Virus record (IMG/VR): IMGVR_UViG_3300032329_000548 | Coordinates: 1 to 32,086 of that record | Direction: 5' to 3' (one strand) | Origin: a virus | Lineage: Duplodnaviria > Caudoviricetes | Length of the DNA stretch: 32,086 nt | Shown here: positions 17,393 through 24,630 of the stretch, one piece after another | Layout of the letters: every line of letters begins with the position of its first letter | How positions within the stretch are numbered: position 1 is the stretch's first letter | Translations under genes and position numbers: made by a program | Notes under the pieces: generated by a model | The model's input: the letters and a program-made list of their open reading frames with translations, nothing else | Databases searched by the model: none | What the model was told of the DNA's origin: nothing

Positions 17393-17568
17393 TTGCCTTT
17401 CGCCTCCATCGCCTTCGCTTTGTGCTCCTCGGCTCGCTTCAGCATCTCCTTACAGATCGTGATCGCCAGATCCAACCGTGTACGCACGGCCTGATACTGC
17501 TCTTTGAGCAGATTCTTTTTCGCACGCTCAAGGATTTCGAGGTGCCAAGTTAAACGCTTTACGCTCAC
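17389..17568 (-). CDS. Small helical hypothetical protein (true start probably GTG 17568)
   Basis: VSVKRLTWHLEILERAKK...; GTGA overlap with the upstream small ORF. Confidence 0.55.
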   Translation of the reverse strand: MSVKRLTWHLEILERAKKNLLKEQYQAVRTRLDLAITICKEMLKRAEEHKAKAMEAKGK

Positions 17569-17693
17569 CACTGCCCCATTCCCCACCTGTGACGATTGGC
17601 ACGGGCCTCTCGCACGCAGTCGGCGTATTGCTCTGGCGTGTAGGTACCGATGACGCGGGCGGAGAACATGCTTAGAAGATCCTGCAATCTCAC
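17565..17693 (-). CDS. Small hypothetical protein (42 aa, not in the ORF track)
   Basis: GTG-RLQDLLSMFSARVIGTYTPEQYADCVREARANRHRWGMGQW*; fills the gap with 4-nt overlaps at both ends. Confidence 0.55.
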   Translation of the reverse strand: MRLQDLLSMFSARVIGTYTPEQYADCVREARANRHRWGMGQW

Positions 17694-17971
17694 AGCACTG
17701 CCTTAGGCAGCGGCCCCGCCAGTTTGTAGTGGTATTTGCTGGCGTCGTATTCCAGTGGATAGCCAAAAAAGTCGCGCAGCAGATCGATGTCCCGCTGTAT
17801 AGTTTTGTAGCTACATTCGAGCTCAACGCCCAATCGGGCACAGCTAGGCAGTGTCAGATCTCGGCGCAACTTGCCAGCGATAACGCCCAAGCGGCGAAAC
17901 GTCGGCCGGGTATCTCCAAGGCCCATCGCACGCTGGCTTTTGGATGCGAACGTGGCGGCCTTTGTGCTCAC
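17690..17971 (-). CDS. Stand-alone winged HTH (HTH_11, like the N-terminus of WYL regulators)
   Basis: PSCARLGVELECSYKTIQRDIDLLRDFFGYPLEYD...YHYKL. Confidence 0.75.
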   Translation of the reverse strand: MSTKAATFASKSQRAMGLGDTRPTFRRLGVIAGKLRRDLTLPSCARLGVELECSYKTIQRDIDLLRDFFGYPLEYDASKYHYKLAGPLPKAVL

Positions 17972-18396
17972 TTGCTGATCTCCACCATCGCCACCTTCGG
18001 TAGCCTCATCGCGTTGAATTGCTTTTCACTAGCGGCAAACACGTCGATCACCGGCAACTTTCCACCGCTCGCCTTCTTGCTCTTCACGGCAGTGCCAGTA
18101 TCCACGGCCACCCACTCACGCTTACCGCCCATCACGCGAATCTTTGACCACAGCGGAATGATGTCTGGATCGACGGCGCAGTGACGACCAGCACGCAACT
18201 TGGTGCCAGTGCTCGACTGATAGCGGCTGCTCCACTCATCTTCTCCGGGCCAGTAGCCAGTGATGCGAACTTTTATCTTTTTCACGTCGATCTTTTTTGC
18301 GTCCGGCCGCATGTCGATCATCACGTTCGACGCCTGAGTGGCCGGGAACCCAAAGAACGCCAGAAACGTCAGGACTACGTTGCAAAGGGCTCTCAT
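17968..18396 (-). CDS. 3D-domain (MltA/RlpA-like double-psi barrel) protein with signal peptide
   Basis: RITGY...CAVDPDIIPLWSKI...AVDTGTAVK...IDVF (three conserved Asp); hydrophobic N-terminus. Confidence 0.85.
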   Translation of the reverse strand: MRALCNVVLTFLAFFGFPATQASNVMIDMRPDAKKIDVKKIKVRITGYWPGEDEWSSRYQSSTGTKLRAGRHCAVDPDIIPLWSKIRVMGGKREWVAVDTGTAVKSKKASGGKLPVIDVFAASEKQFNAMRLPKVAMVEISK

Positions 18397-18545
18397 AGCC
18401 CTGCCCTTATCCGATCAATCAGATCGTTTTCGCGTCCTTCAGCAGCCGCCAGCGCAGCCTTCGCCTCTGCCAGCTCACGGGCCAGCGATCGCACGCGGTT
18501 CAGTAACTGCTCGTGCGCGGATTGTTCAGGTAGGATTTCAATCAC
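18393..18545 (-). CDS. Small coiled-coil protein (50 aa, not in the ORF track)
   Basis: GTG-IEILPEQSAHEQLLNRVRSLARELAEAKAALAAAE...; overlaps both neighbours. Confidence 0.55.
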   Translation of the reverse strand: MIEILPEQSAHEQLLNRVRSLARELAEAKAALAAAEGRENDLIDRIRAGL

Positions 18546-19323
18546 AGCGCACCTCCCGCGGGTCGTACTTCTTCAACCAGCGCCACACCTTGCAGATGGA
18601 CGTGAACGCATCAAACGCCTGAGCAACCTGCTCGGCTGTGTATTTGATGTCCTGTAGTTGGCCGGTGACTGGATCGATCAGAATGTTCCGGCATGCCATG
18701 CCCTCGTCCGTAAACGCGTATGCGTAAGCGGAAAGTTGGAGCAGATCGGTTTCGTAGCCGGTTGCTTTCGAGACGCCTTTTGCATCTGTCTTAAATTTGC
18801 GCGTTTTAAAATCGACCACCTCAATCTCGCCGTGAATATCGCAAATCAAGTCCACTCGCCCTGCGTAGCCTTCGGCCTCGTTCACAAGCACGGCCTCATT
18901 CACGTGCACTTTTGTGACACAACATTCCCGCCACTCTTTCAGCCCGGCATAGTGTTCCTCGTAGCCTTTGATTAAGTCGCCCGGATCCTCGCGGTTGATT
19001 ATGATTTCAGCCAAGGAATGAATGTGAGTCCCGCGGGCAGCAGCGACCTCCACCTCCTTGCGGCTGTCCAATACCACACGCTTGGCAAAGTCGCTGTCGG
19101 CTTCGCCTTCGTTCCGTGGTAGCGACAGGGCGGATAGAATTGCCTGTTCCTCTTTCCAATTCATCAGCCCTTGCTTACTGGGGCCAGCCGCTCCCAGGAT
19201 GGTGGTCACGGATGGATACGCACCCACCTTTCGGGCGGATCGCAGATCACCGTGGCACGAATCTCCGCTTCGCAGATAATAGTGCGACGACTCTGCCTTT
19301 GCGGTAGCGATGATCGGAGCCAT
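18538..19323 (-). CDS. PD-(D/E)XK exonuclease (recombination/Cas4-like); true start probably ATG 19323
   Basis: YPSVTTIL; RGTHIH; GYAGRVDLI; VVDFKT; LQLSAY. Confidence 0.85.
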   Translation of the reverse strand: MAPIIATAKAESSHYYLRSGDSCHGDLRSARKVGAYPSVTTILGAAGPSKQGLMNWKEEQAILSALSLPRNEGEADSDFAKRVVLDSRKEVEVAAARGTHIHSLAEIIINREDPGDLIKGYEEHYAGLKEWRECCVTKVHVNEAVLVNEAEGYAGRVDLICDIHGEIEVVDFKTRKFKTDAKGVSKATGYETDLLQLSAYAYAFTDEGMACRNILIDPVTGQLQDIKYTAEQVAQAFDAFTSICKVWRWLKKYDPREVRCD

Positions 19324-19418
19324 CAGTTCCACCTTCCGATGACTGGCATGAGCTGAACGGCCAAGGCCACAGCACACATCGGGAACATAATTTGAACGAC
19401 AACAGACAGGATTTCCAT
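19323..19418 (-). CDS. Small membrane peptide (31 aa)
   Basis: MEILSVVVQIMFPMCAVALAVQLMPVIGRWN*; TGATG coupling to the exonuclease. Confidence 0.45.
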   Translation of the reverse strand: MEILSVVVQIMFPMCAVALAVQLMPVIGRWN

Positions 19419-19430
19419 GGGGGTCTTTCT

Positions 19431-19459
19431 GGCCGGAGTGGGAATTGCCCACCCCGGCC
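19431..19459 (-). terminator. Hairpin after the SSB-like gene
   Basis: Minus strand GGCCGGGGTGGG-CAATT-CCCACTCCGGCC; no U tract. Confidence 0.4.
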
Positions 19460-19465
19460 AAGTGA

Positions 19466-19948
19466 TTAGAACGGGACGGGATTTCCGTCGTGATCCAGTT
19501 CGGTTGCGGTTGTAGTTGAGGCTCCGTTGCGGTTGATTTTCCGAACAAACGCCTTGTCGACCGTCACCTTTTTAGCTCCGGCAGGCAGTACGGCCTGCAC
19601 ATTCGCGTAGGTGGATCCGTCACGCTCGACGTGAGTTACTAGGATCTGGCACGGCTTACCAATAAGCGTCTCCAGATCCAGATTCTGCGGTGGCGCCTTC
19701 TTGGCATAAGACTTCAAGTCTTTGAAAAGAGCCGCCTTTTCATGCAGGCTCAGTCCGTAACGCCGACCGATAGTGAACGGCCGCCCGTCCTCCATCTTTT
19801 CGGCCAACTGCCACACCAAACGAATCTGGTGCTTTTTCCCGTACATGGTTTCTACGACGCCTAGATCCTCCACGTCGCAGAAAACTGCGTCGTGCGAACC
19901 TTCGGGAGCTGGCGTATAGGTGCCCCCTCTGCTTGCTACTATTGGCAT
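19466..19948 (-). CDS. Putative single-stranded DNA-binding protein (DUF669-like)
   Basis: PAPEGSHDAV...DLETLIGKPCQILV...YANV; acidic C-terminal tip ending in PF; good SD. Confidence 0.7.
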   Translation of the reverse strand: MPIVASRGGTYTPAPEGSHDAVFCDVEDLGVVETMYGKKHQIRLVWQLAEKMEDGRPFTIGRRYGLSLHEKAALFKDLKSYAKKAPPQNLDLETLIGKPCQILVTHVERDGSTYANVQAVLPAGAKKVTVDKAFVRKINRNGASTTTATELDHDGNPVPF

Positions 19949-19991
19949 TTGCTATTCCTTTCTTGGTTTTGGTTTCTTGGTTTTGCTTGGA

Positions 19992-20207
19992 CTATTCGTC
20001 GTCGCAAAAATCGTTGTTGGTGTGCGTTGGTTTAAGGTCTTGGAACTCGCGGTCGGTCATGTGCCAGGCGATCTCATGCTTTCTGGCCAGTTGTTTTGCC
20101 TGATCGATCTCCCCGCGGTTCAGCGCCTTCACAACCCGCTCGGCGGAATTGCGACAGGCCATCACCTCGATGTTTTCAATCAGACGAAACTTGGTCAGGT
20201 CGGTCAT
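19992..20207 (-). CDS. Hypothetical protein
   Basis: 71 aa in the early operon, with a GAGG SD. Confidence 0.55.
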   Translation of the reverse strand: MTDLTKFRLIENIEVMACRNSAERVVKALNRGEIDQAKQLARKHEIAWHMTDREFQDLKPTHTNNDFCDDE

Positions 20208-20209
20208 GA

Positions 20210-20362
20210 TCAGCCTCGCCTGTTGTTCCCGTAGTAATCAGAAAAGCGCTGAAACTCGTATTCCGAGTCAGCCTTCTCACGTTCATAGACGTCGTATTCG
20301 TAATCCGGCTTGTCGTTGTTAAACGGAGTCGGGTTTGAATTTTCGTTGGTTGATTCGCTCAT
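20210..20362 (-). CDS. Small acidic hypothetical protein (50 aa; MSESTNENS...)
   Basis: AAGGAG SD and ATGA coupling; the longer ORF-track version overlaps the nuclease gene. Confidence 0.55.
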   Translation of the reverse strand: MSESTNENSNPTPFNNDKPDYEYDVYEREKADSEYEFQRFSDYYGNNRRG

Positions 20363-20694
20363 TTTTTTCTCTCCTTGATCGCCATGCGGAACGATTGGGC
20401 GGTCATCGCCACTGCTTCGACAGTCAGGCACTTCGTTGTGAATCTCCAAATCCGCCAGCCCAGGTCGGCTGCTGCTCGGTACTTCTCGCAATCCTTGACC
20501 ATCCCCATCCCACGGCCGTGACGGCCACCGAACGGCAGGAACGCACCGCCATCCAGCTCCACGGCACAGCGGGCGGATTTGCAGGCAAAGTCGAAACGCC
20601 ATTTGCGTGTAGGGTGGAACGTGTGCTCGGCGACCAGCTCCGGGCCGTTGGCTGCTTTCCACAGCAGCTCAAACTTTGCTGATAGTGCGCTCAT
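20359..20694 (-). CDS. Vsr/DUF559-like PD-(D/E)XK endonuclease
   Basis: EHTFHPTRKWRFDFA...AVELDGG...GRH...DCEKY..AADLGWRIWRFT. Confidence 0.85.
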   Translation of the reverse strand: MSALSAKFELLWKAANGPELVAEHTFHPTRKWRFDFACKSARCAVELDGGAFLPFGGRHGRGMGMVKDCEKYRAAADLGWRIWRFTTKCLTVEAVAMTAQSFRMAIKERKK

Positions 20695-20945
20695 TTCGTT
20701 TGCCCCTGCTTGGCCATAAGTGCGGCCACGACTTCGTTCAATCGTGCCACGTCACTCTCAAGGCGTTTCATGCGACACTGCAAATCGATCATCGCTGTTG
20801 CTGTCGACCACTCGGCCATGCCGACAGACTTGGACGGATTGAGATGCTGAATGACGCCTTCAGCTTCCAAATCACGCACGCTACCGGCCGTCGGATTGAA
20901 CGACTCCGGCAGGCCGCTTCGGTGCGGGGGCACCTCGGCGAACAT
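20691..20945 (-). CDS. Hypothetical protein with C-terminal coiled coil
   Basis: 84 aa; AAGGAG SD; coupled to neighbours. Confidence 0.55.
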   Translation of the reverse strand: MFAEVPPHRSGLPESFNPTAGSVRDLEAEGVIQHLNPSKSVGMAEWSTATAMIDLQCRMKRLESDVARLNEVVAALMAKQGQTK

Positions 20946-21097
20946 CAGAGAAACTCCTTACGGATAAAATCCCAAACCCACAGCAACACGCACATGGCCA
21001 GCGCTAGGCCGTTAATTGCAAAACCAATGTAAAAAACCCAGCCAAGTATAAGCAGAGAGAGTTGTCCCAAATCTCTCATCACTTCCCAAGCAATCAT
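20945..21097 (-). CDS. Small membrane protein (about 50 aa, not in the ORF track)
   Basis: MIAWEVMRDLGQLSLLILGWVFYIGFAINGLALAMCVLLWVWDFIRKEFL*; TAATG and TGATG coupling. Confidence 0.55.
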   Translation of the reverse strand: MIAWEVMRDLGQLSLLILGWVFYIGFAINGLALAMCVLLWVWDFIRKEFL

Positions 21098-21336
21098 TAC
21101 TGGGCGCTCCACATCCGTGCGACGGACGGGTTTGGGTGGTAGGCAGGCTCAGGTTCGTACCCGCCGCGAATTAAAAGTAAATTTTGTTGGTAGTGCTTCT
21201 TCGGAGACTCAGTTGTTACTGCCGTGTTACTATATCGGCGTAAGTCGTTGCAACCATAAGCATCGGACGGGGTGGGATTTGAACCCACGGATCTATTTCC
21301 TCTTTCGTTTTGATTTATTATGCTTGGCAAGTTCAT
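21097..21336 (-). CDS. Possible ORF spanning attP
   Basis: 79 aa; reads through the tRNA-derived core (SVGSNPTPS); its stop overlaps the next ATG. Confidence 0.3.
   Translation of the reverse strand: MNLPSIINQNERGNRSVGSNPTPSDAYGCNDLRRYSNTAVTTESPKKHYQQNLLLIRGGYEPEPAYHPNPSVARMWSAQ
21264..21290 (-). mobile_element. attP: attP core: 3' end of a tRNA (probably tRNA-Ser)
   Basis: CCGTGGG-TTCAAAT-CCCAC-CCCGTCC-G gives a T arm, an acceptor 3' strand and a G discriminator; 90 bp from the integrase start; flanked by TGTTAC repeats (about 21214, 21225, 21365; inverted at about 21374) resembling arm sites. Confidence 0.8.
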
Positions 21337-21380
21337 TGTATATTATTGCGTTAAACTGAGTAAATGTTACCCTTGTAACT

Positions 21381-22478
21381 ATGGCGTATTCCTACATTAA
21401 AAAAGGAAATCCGTGGTTCTACATTCGCTTCAAAGATCCATCCGGCAAGTGGCGCACTAAAAGCACCCGCTACCGAATCGACAACACGCTGCATCGCGCC
21501 AAGGCAACGGCCGAGGCCGCTCGAATTGGAGTGAACGAAAAGCGAACGGATAACGGCCACGACTGGGTTGATGATTTGATCGAGAATCATCCAGTTTCCC
21601 CTCTGACAAAAGTGTATTACAGAAATTGCTGGCGTCATCTTGCGCGTTTTATTATCGAAAAAAAAATAACCCTGCAAGCGTTTTCTCCATCCGACTGTGA
21701 AATTTATTTGAAATGGCGCCAAAGCCTTCCCCGCACGTCCGGCGGTAAGGCTGGACGGAACCAAGCCTGCCAAGATTTGAAGATTCTTAAATGGATTCAC
21801 CGCCAGGGCCGACTGCTCGGGAAAATGGACTCGGTTGCTTTGCTCGATTACCGAATTAAGCGGGGACCGATAAACCGCATCAAACCTGTCTTTTCGGATA
21901 ATGAGATTAAAATCACCCGGAAAGCCTTGGCAGTCGAAGGTGTGCCCGAATGGATGCGAATCAGCTTTGAGATCGCCCTTGCCACCGGATGCCGGTTGCG
22001 AGAGACGCAGATCCCGCTCGACTGCGTGGACTTGAAAAACCGTGTGATGACCTTCCCTACCCCCAAGGGGGGATCCGGCAAATCGTTCAGCATCCCCATC
22101 CCGGCCGCCATCGAACCCATGCTGGCCAGAATGAAGGCCGAGGGCCGCGAGATCACTTGCGAAGTCCCCCGCACGCGAGCCTCGCTTTGCTGGCGTAGGC
22201 TGCTGGATATTTGCGGCCTCAAAAAACATTGTTTTCATTCCCTTCGCGTGACTCGTGTGACTCGATTGCGGCTCTCAGGTTGCAGCCAATCTGTCGCCAT
22301 GAGGTTGGTAAACCATTCTTCGACTTTAGTGCATGAGCTGTACCAGCGGCACTGCGTAGACGATCTCCGCGATGCTGTGAATTTAGGCCAGTCTGCATCA
22401 GCCTCCATCGATCAAAGTCAGACGGAATTACCTTTCCCGCGATCAGTGGGAATCCAGGCAACGCCTGCATTTGCTTGA
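21381..22478 (+). CDS. int: Tyrosine integrase
   Basis: N-terminal arm-binding WFYIRFKDPSGKW; catalytic LATGCRLRE, PKGG, FHSLRVT, LVNHSS and ELY. Confidence 0.93.
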   Translation: MAYSYIKKGNPWFYIRFKDPSGKWRTKSTRYRIDNTLHRAKATAEAARIGVNEKRTDNGHDWVDDLIENHPVSPLTKVYYRNCWRHLARFIIEKKITLQAFSPSDCEIYLKWRQSLPRTSGGKAGRNQACQDLKILKWIHRQGRLLGKMDSVALLDYRIKRGPINRIKPVFSDNEIKITRKALAVEGVPEWMRISFEIALATGCRLRETQIPLDCVDLKNRVMTFPTPKGGSGKSFSIPIPAAIEPMLARMKAEGREITCEVPRTRASLCWRRLLDICGLKKHCFHSLRVTRVTRLRLSGCSQSVAMRLVNHSSTLVHELYQRHCVDDLRDAVNLGQSASASIDQSQTELPFPRSVGIQATPAFA

Positions 22479-22584
22479 TACGGACATAACCGAACCCGTA
22501 AGCAGCGCCTAGCTGGCGAAGTGAAAGAGCTTGGTTCTCCTGACGGAGTTTCATGGCAGTATCGTTGAGACGCCCCAAGCTCAT
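22219..22584 (-). CDS. Putative excisionase/AlpA-like protein; the C-terminal part overlaps int antisense
   Basis: LSLRQLGAAYGFGYVRIKQM...GFPL...DFDRW HTH-wing pattern; follows the Cro-like gene. Confidence 0.5.
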   Translation of the reverse strand: MSLGRLNDTAMKLRQENQALSLRQLGAAYGFGYVRIKQMQALPGFPLIAGKVIPSDFDRWRLMQTGLNSQHRGDRLRSAAGTAHALKSKNGLPTSWRQIGCNLRAAIESHESREGNENNVF

Positions 22585-22590
22585 AAAATA

Positions 22591-22746
22591 CTATTGTTTT
22601 GCCTCGTTTTCGAGTTGCGCCTCGATGAGTTGGGTTACCAGTTGTGAAAATGAAAGGCGTCGATCGTCTGCCAATTTAAATCCCGCTTTCTTCACGTCCA
22701 ATGGCAGATAGAGGTTTGTCTGCTCGTTTTCGTTGGCGCGGGGCAT
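22591..22746 (-). CDS. RHH protein, Cro-equivalent (51 aa, not in the ORF track)
   Basis: MPRANENEQTNLYLPLDVKKAGFKLADDRRLSFSQLVTQLIEAQLENEAKQ*; Arc/CopG-like strand-helix-helix pattern. Confidence 0.8.
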   Translation of the reverse strand: MPRANENEQTNLYLPLDVKKAGFKLADDRRLSFSQLVTQLIEAQLENEAKQ

Positions 22747-22843
22747 AGGCGCACGTTGTGCGCATAATGTAATGCGTCAATAAGATTCTCTCTTTATTTT
22801 GTTTATTCTTGCTTTGCGCATAAATAGCGCATATGATGCGCCA
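22747..22843. promoter_or_regulatory. Divergent leaderless promoters with phased GCGC operator candidates
   Basis: Leftward TTGACG-N16-CAACGT-N6-ATG; rightward TTGCTT-N17-TATGAT-N6-ATG; GCGC boxes at 22749/22760 and 22816/22827/22838 (11-bp spacing). Confidence 0.7.
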
Positions 22844-23032
22844 ATGGAAAAGCAGAGAACAAACATTTACCTTCCAGCAGACATCAAGAAAAAGGCATTT
22901 GATTTGGCTAATAAGGGTGGCCTATCCCTTTCAGGATATGTTACTCAACTAATCTTGCGGGAATGCGCAATCGCGGAGGGGCGCATTAAGGGCAGTCTTG
23001 CCATTTTTACGAAATCAAATAGGAATAAATAA
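22844..23032 (+). CDS. RHH protein, putative immunity repressor
   Basis: MEKQRTNIYLPADIKKKAFDLANKGGLSLSGYVTQLIL; divergent from the lytic operon. Confidence 0.8.
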   Translation: MEKQRTNIYLPADIKKKAFDLANKGGLSLSGYVTQLILRECAIAEGRIKGSLAIFTKSNRNK

Positions 23033-23033
23033 G

Positions 23034-23288
23034 ATGCAAGCTCTAGCCGGTACTTCCCTTTTCATCGCAATCGTCGCCGCGTTTGCTTTGTTTCTTTTGC
23101 CATTTGCAGTTATTATGATTTCATCGCGTACATATAAAATCATGCAATCTGTTCGGCGCATGGAGAGCAGTCTCGCTTTGCTTGACGGGCAATCTGCCAA
23201 GCTGTCTCAAGCTGTTGTGGAAATAAAGAAAACGAACGCGTTGCTTTCTAAGGCTCTAAAAACTTCAGAAAACGAATCTGCTGGTTAG
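23034..23288 (+). CDS. Membrane protein co-transcribed with the repressor (superinfection-exclusion candidate)
   Basis: N-terminal TM helix plus coiled coil; starts 1 nt after the repressor stop. Confidence 0.55.
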   Translation: MQALAGTSLFIAIVAAFALFLLPFAVIMISSRTYKIMQSVRRMESSLALLDGQSAKLSQAVVEIKKTNALLSKALKTSENESAG

Positions 23289-23573
23289 TTATTTAATGAG
23301 CTTGTAGTACGGCACTTTGCGGCAGTATTGGCCACGCGGTCCGCGTGCGCCGATAGTCTTAGAAACTTTAGGAACAGCGAATGTACGTCTTTCAGCCTTT
23401 TTCAATTTCACCAATTCAGTCAGCACACGATTGGCATGACTCTTGGAGAAGTTCCACATTTTTGCTATTTGCATGGCAGACATCCACCCTGGCGGAACTT
23501 CCTCAACACGACGGGTTTTCATGTGCTCATTGAGCACCTCTGCCCAGTCTTTTTCTAAACTGGCAGTCGCCAT
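23289..23573 (-). CDS. wHTH protein
   Basis: VPPGWMSAMQIAKMWNFSKSHANRVLTELV. Confidence 0.65.
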   Translation of the reverse strand: MATASLEKDWAEVLNEHMKTRRVEEVPPGWMSAMQIAKMWNFSKSHANRVLTELVKLKKAERRTFAVPKVSKTIGARGPRGQYCRKVPYYKLIK

Positions 23574-24304
23574 GTTCCTCCTACCGAGCTAACCACGTTC
23601 ACCGTGCATCCGTCACCGCCATCCAGATACTCACCATAGGCGATCCCGTGCGACCAGCGTGTCACAGACCGCATCCGTCTGGCGTATCCCATAGAGGTTA
23701 TATCCGCTAGGCACCCGATCGACCATCCCACGGGCGCACCGATGCAACGGCCAGCGGCTCGATCAATGCGGTGAAGATGCCCCATGACTACAGGCCGGCG
23801 GAGCATTTCTACGTGGTCTCTGACGGCTGCCTCCGAGTGCATGAAACCATGCCCGAACGCTGTCCCGCCCAGGTCATGCCAGCCTGTCTCGATGTCGTAT
23901 GGGATGAACTTTGCCCGCAAATCTTTCGCTAGGTTGTGGATTTCCGACAGCGCAGAGGTACAGCAGTGAGCCACAATGGCCGATGGCGAGCGTTGTAGAG
24001 CCGTAAGGCGGTGTTCATGGTTACCCTCGAAAATAAACTGTGGAGCCAGTTCTCGAACGAAATTAAGGCCAGCATCAAAGTCCTCTCTGATGCTGTTCCC
24101 ACGTTCCGGGCTGTCTGGATCCCGGCGGGCGTTGCCCATCAGGCACGACAGATCCACGAAGTCGCCAAGGTGCAGAGTCGTATCCCCAGGGCGGATCCAC
24201 CTCCGCTTCATTTCCAGCGCAGCTTTGCAAGCCTCTGCGTTCGCAAGATGTCCGTGGCTGCATGATACGGCCAGCCACCGCTTCCATTTGCGGATTACTT
24301 TCAT
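23555..24304 (-). CDS. Calcineurin-like metallophosphoesterase
   Basis: SCSHG, LGDFVD, GNHE, GHG and MGHLHR motifs. Confidence 0.9.
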   Translation of the reverse strand: MKVIRKWKRWLAVSCSHGHLANAEACKAALEMKRRWIRPGDTTLHLGDFVDLSCLMGNARRDPDSPERGNSIREDFDAGLNFVRELAPQFIFEGNHEHRLTALQRSPSAIVAHCCTSALSEIHNLAKDLRAKFIPYDIETGWHDLGGTAFGHGFMHSEAAVRDHVEMLRRPVVMGHLHRIDRAAGRCIGAPVGWSIGCLADITSMGYARRMRSVTRWSHGIAYGEYLDGGDGCTVNVVSSVGGTWRLPV

Positions 24305-24630
24305 TGTTTATCCTGAGCAGACGGAAAGCCTTCCAACACGGCGAGGATCTGACGACAGCTCTCCCGCGATTGAGCGGCCGCAACTGTGTCGTCAGACGCA
24401 CCACGCAAAGCAAGATCGCCAATGACGGAAAGCTGCATTTTCAATGTGTGGACGTAGGTGCATAGATCCAGAATCTCGTCCCACGCATCCTTCCACACGG
24501 GCCTGCGCCACAACGCTCCGCCGTGCTCGTCCTGTCCCTTGCGGTACTTAGCTGATACGTCACGGACAAGATCGCTCAAGATCCCTTGCAGATGCTTTTC
24601 ATGCTCTGGACTCATCATCGCGAACTCCAC
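24301..24630 (-). CDS. All-alpha NTP pyrophosphatase (MazG/dATP-dGTP diphosphohydrolase-like)
   Basis: KYRKGQDEHGG...DAWDEILDLCTY acidic helix motif; exact start uncertain (24630/24618/24615). Confidence 0.5.
   Translation of the reverse strand: MEFAMMSPEHEKHLQGILSDLVRDVSAKYRKGQDEHGGALWRRPVWKDAWDEILDLCTYVHTLKMQLSVIGDLALRGASDDTVAAAQSRESCRQILAVLEGFPSAQDKQ

Noticed and set aside
18538-19323. Cas4 as evidence of a CRISPR system
   Set aside because: No Fe-S cysteine cluster pattern, array or other cas genes; its position next to an SSB-like gene indicates a phage recombination exonuclease
19324-19548. N-terminal extension of the exonuclease ORF to 19548 (likewise 17389..17841 and 20210..20662 as given in the ORF track)
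   Set aside because: The extensions overlap better-supported genes or a hairpin; coupled downstream starts fit better
21264-21340. Complete tRNA gene
   Set aside because: Only the T arm and acceptor 3' strand are present; no matching 5' acceptor strand, D arm or anticodon arm upstream
22758-22771. GTGCGCATAATGTA matches the XerC half of E. coli dif
   Set aside because: No XerD arm (TTATGTTAAAT) follows; the sequence is explained as promoter spacer/operator, and the phage has its own integrase and attP
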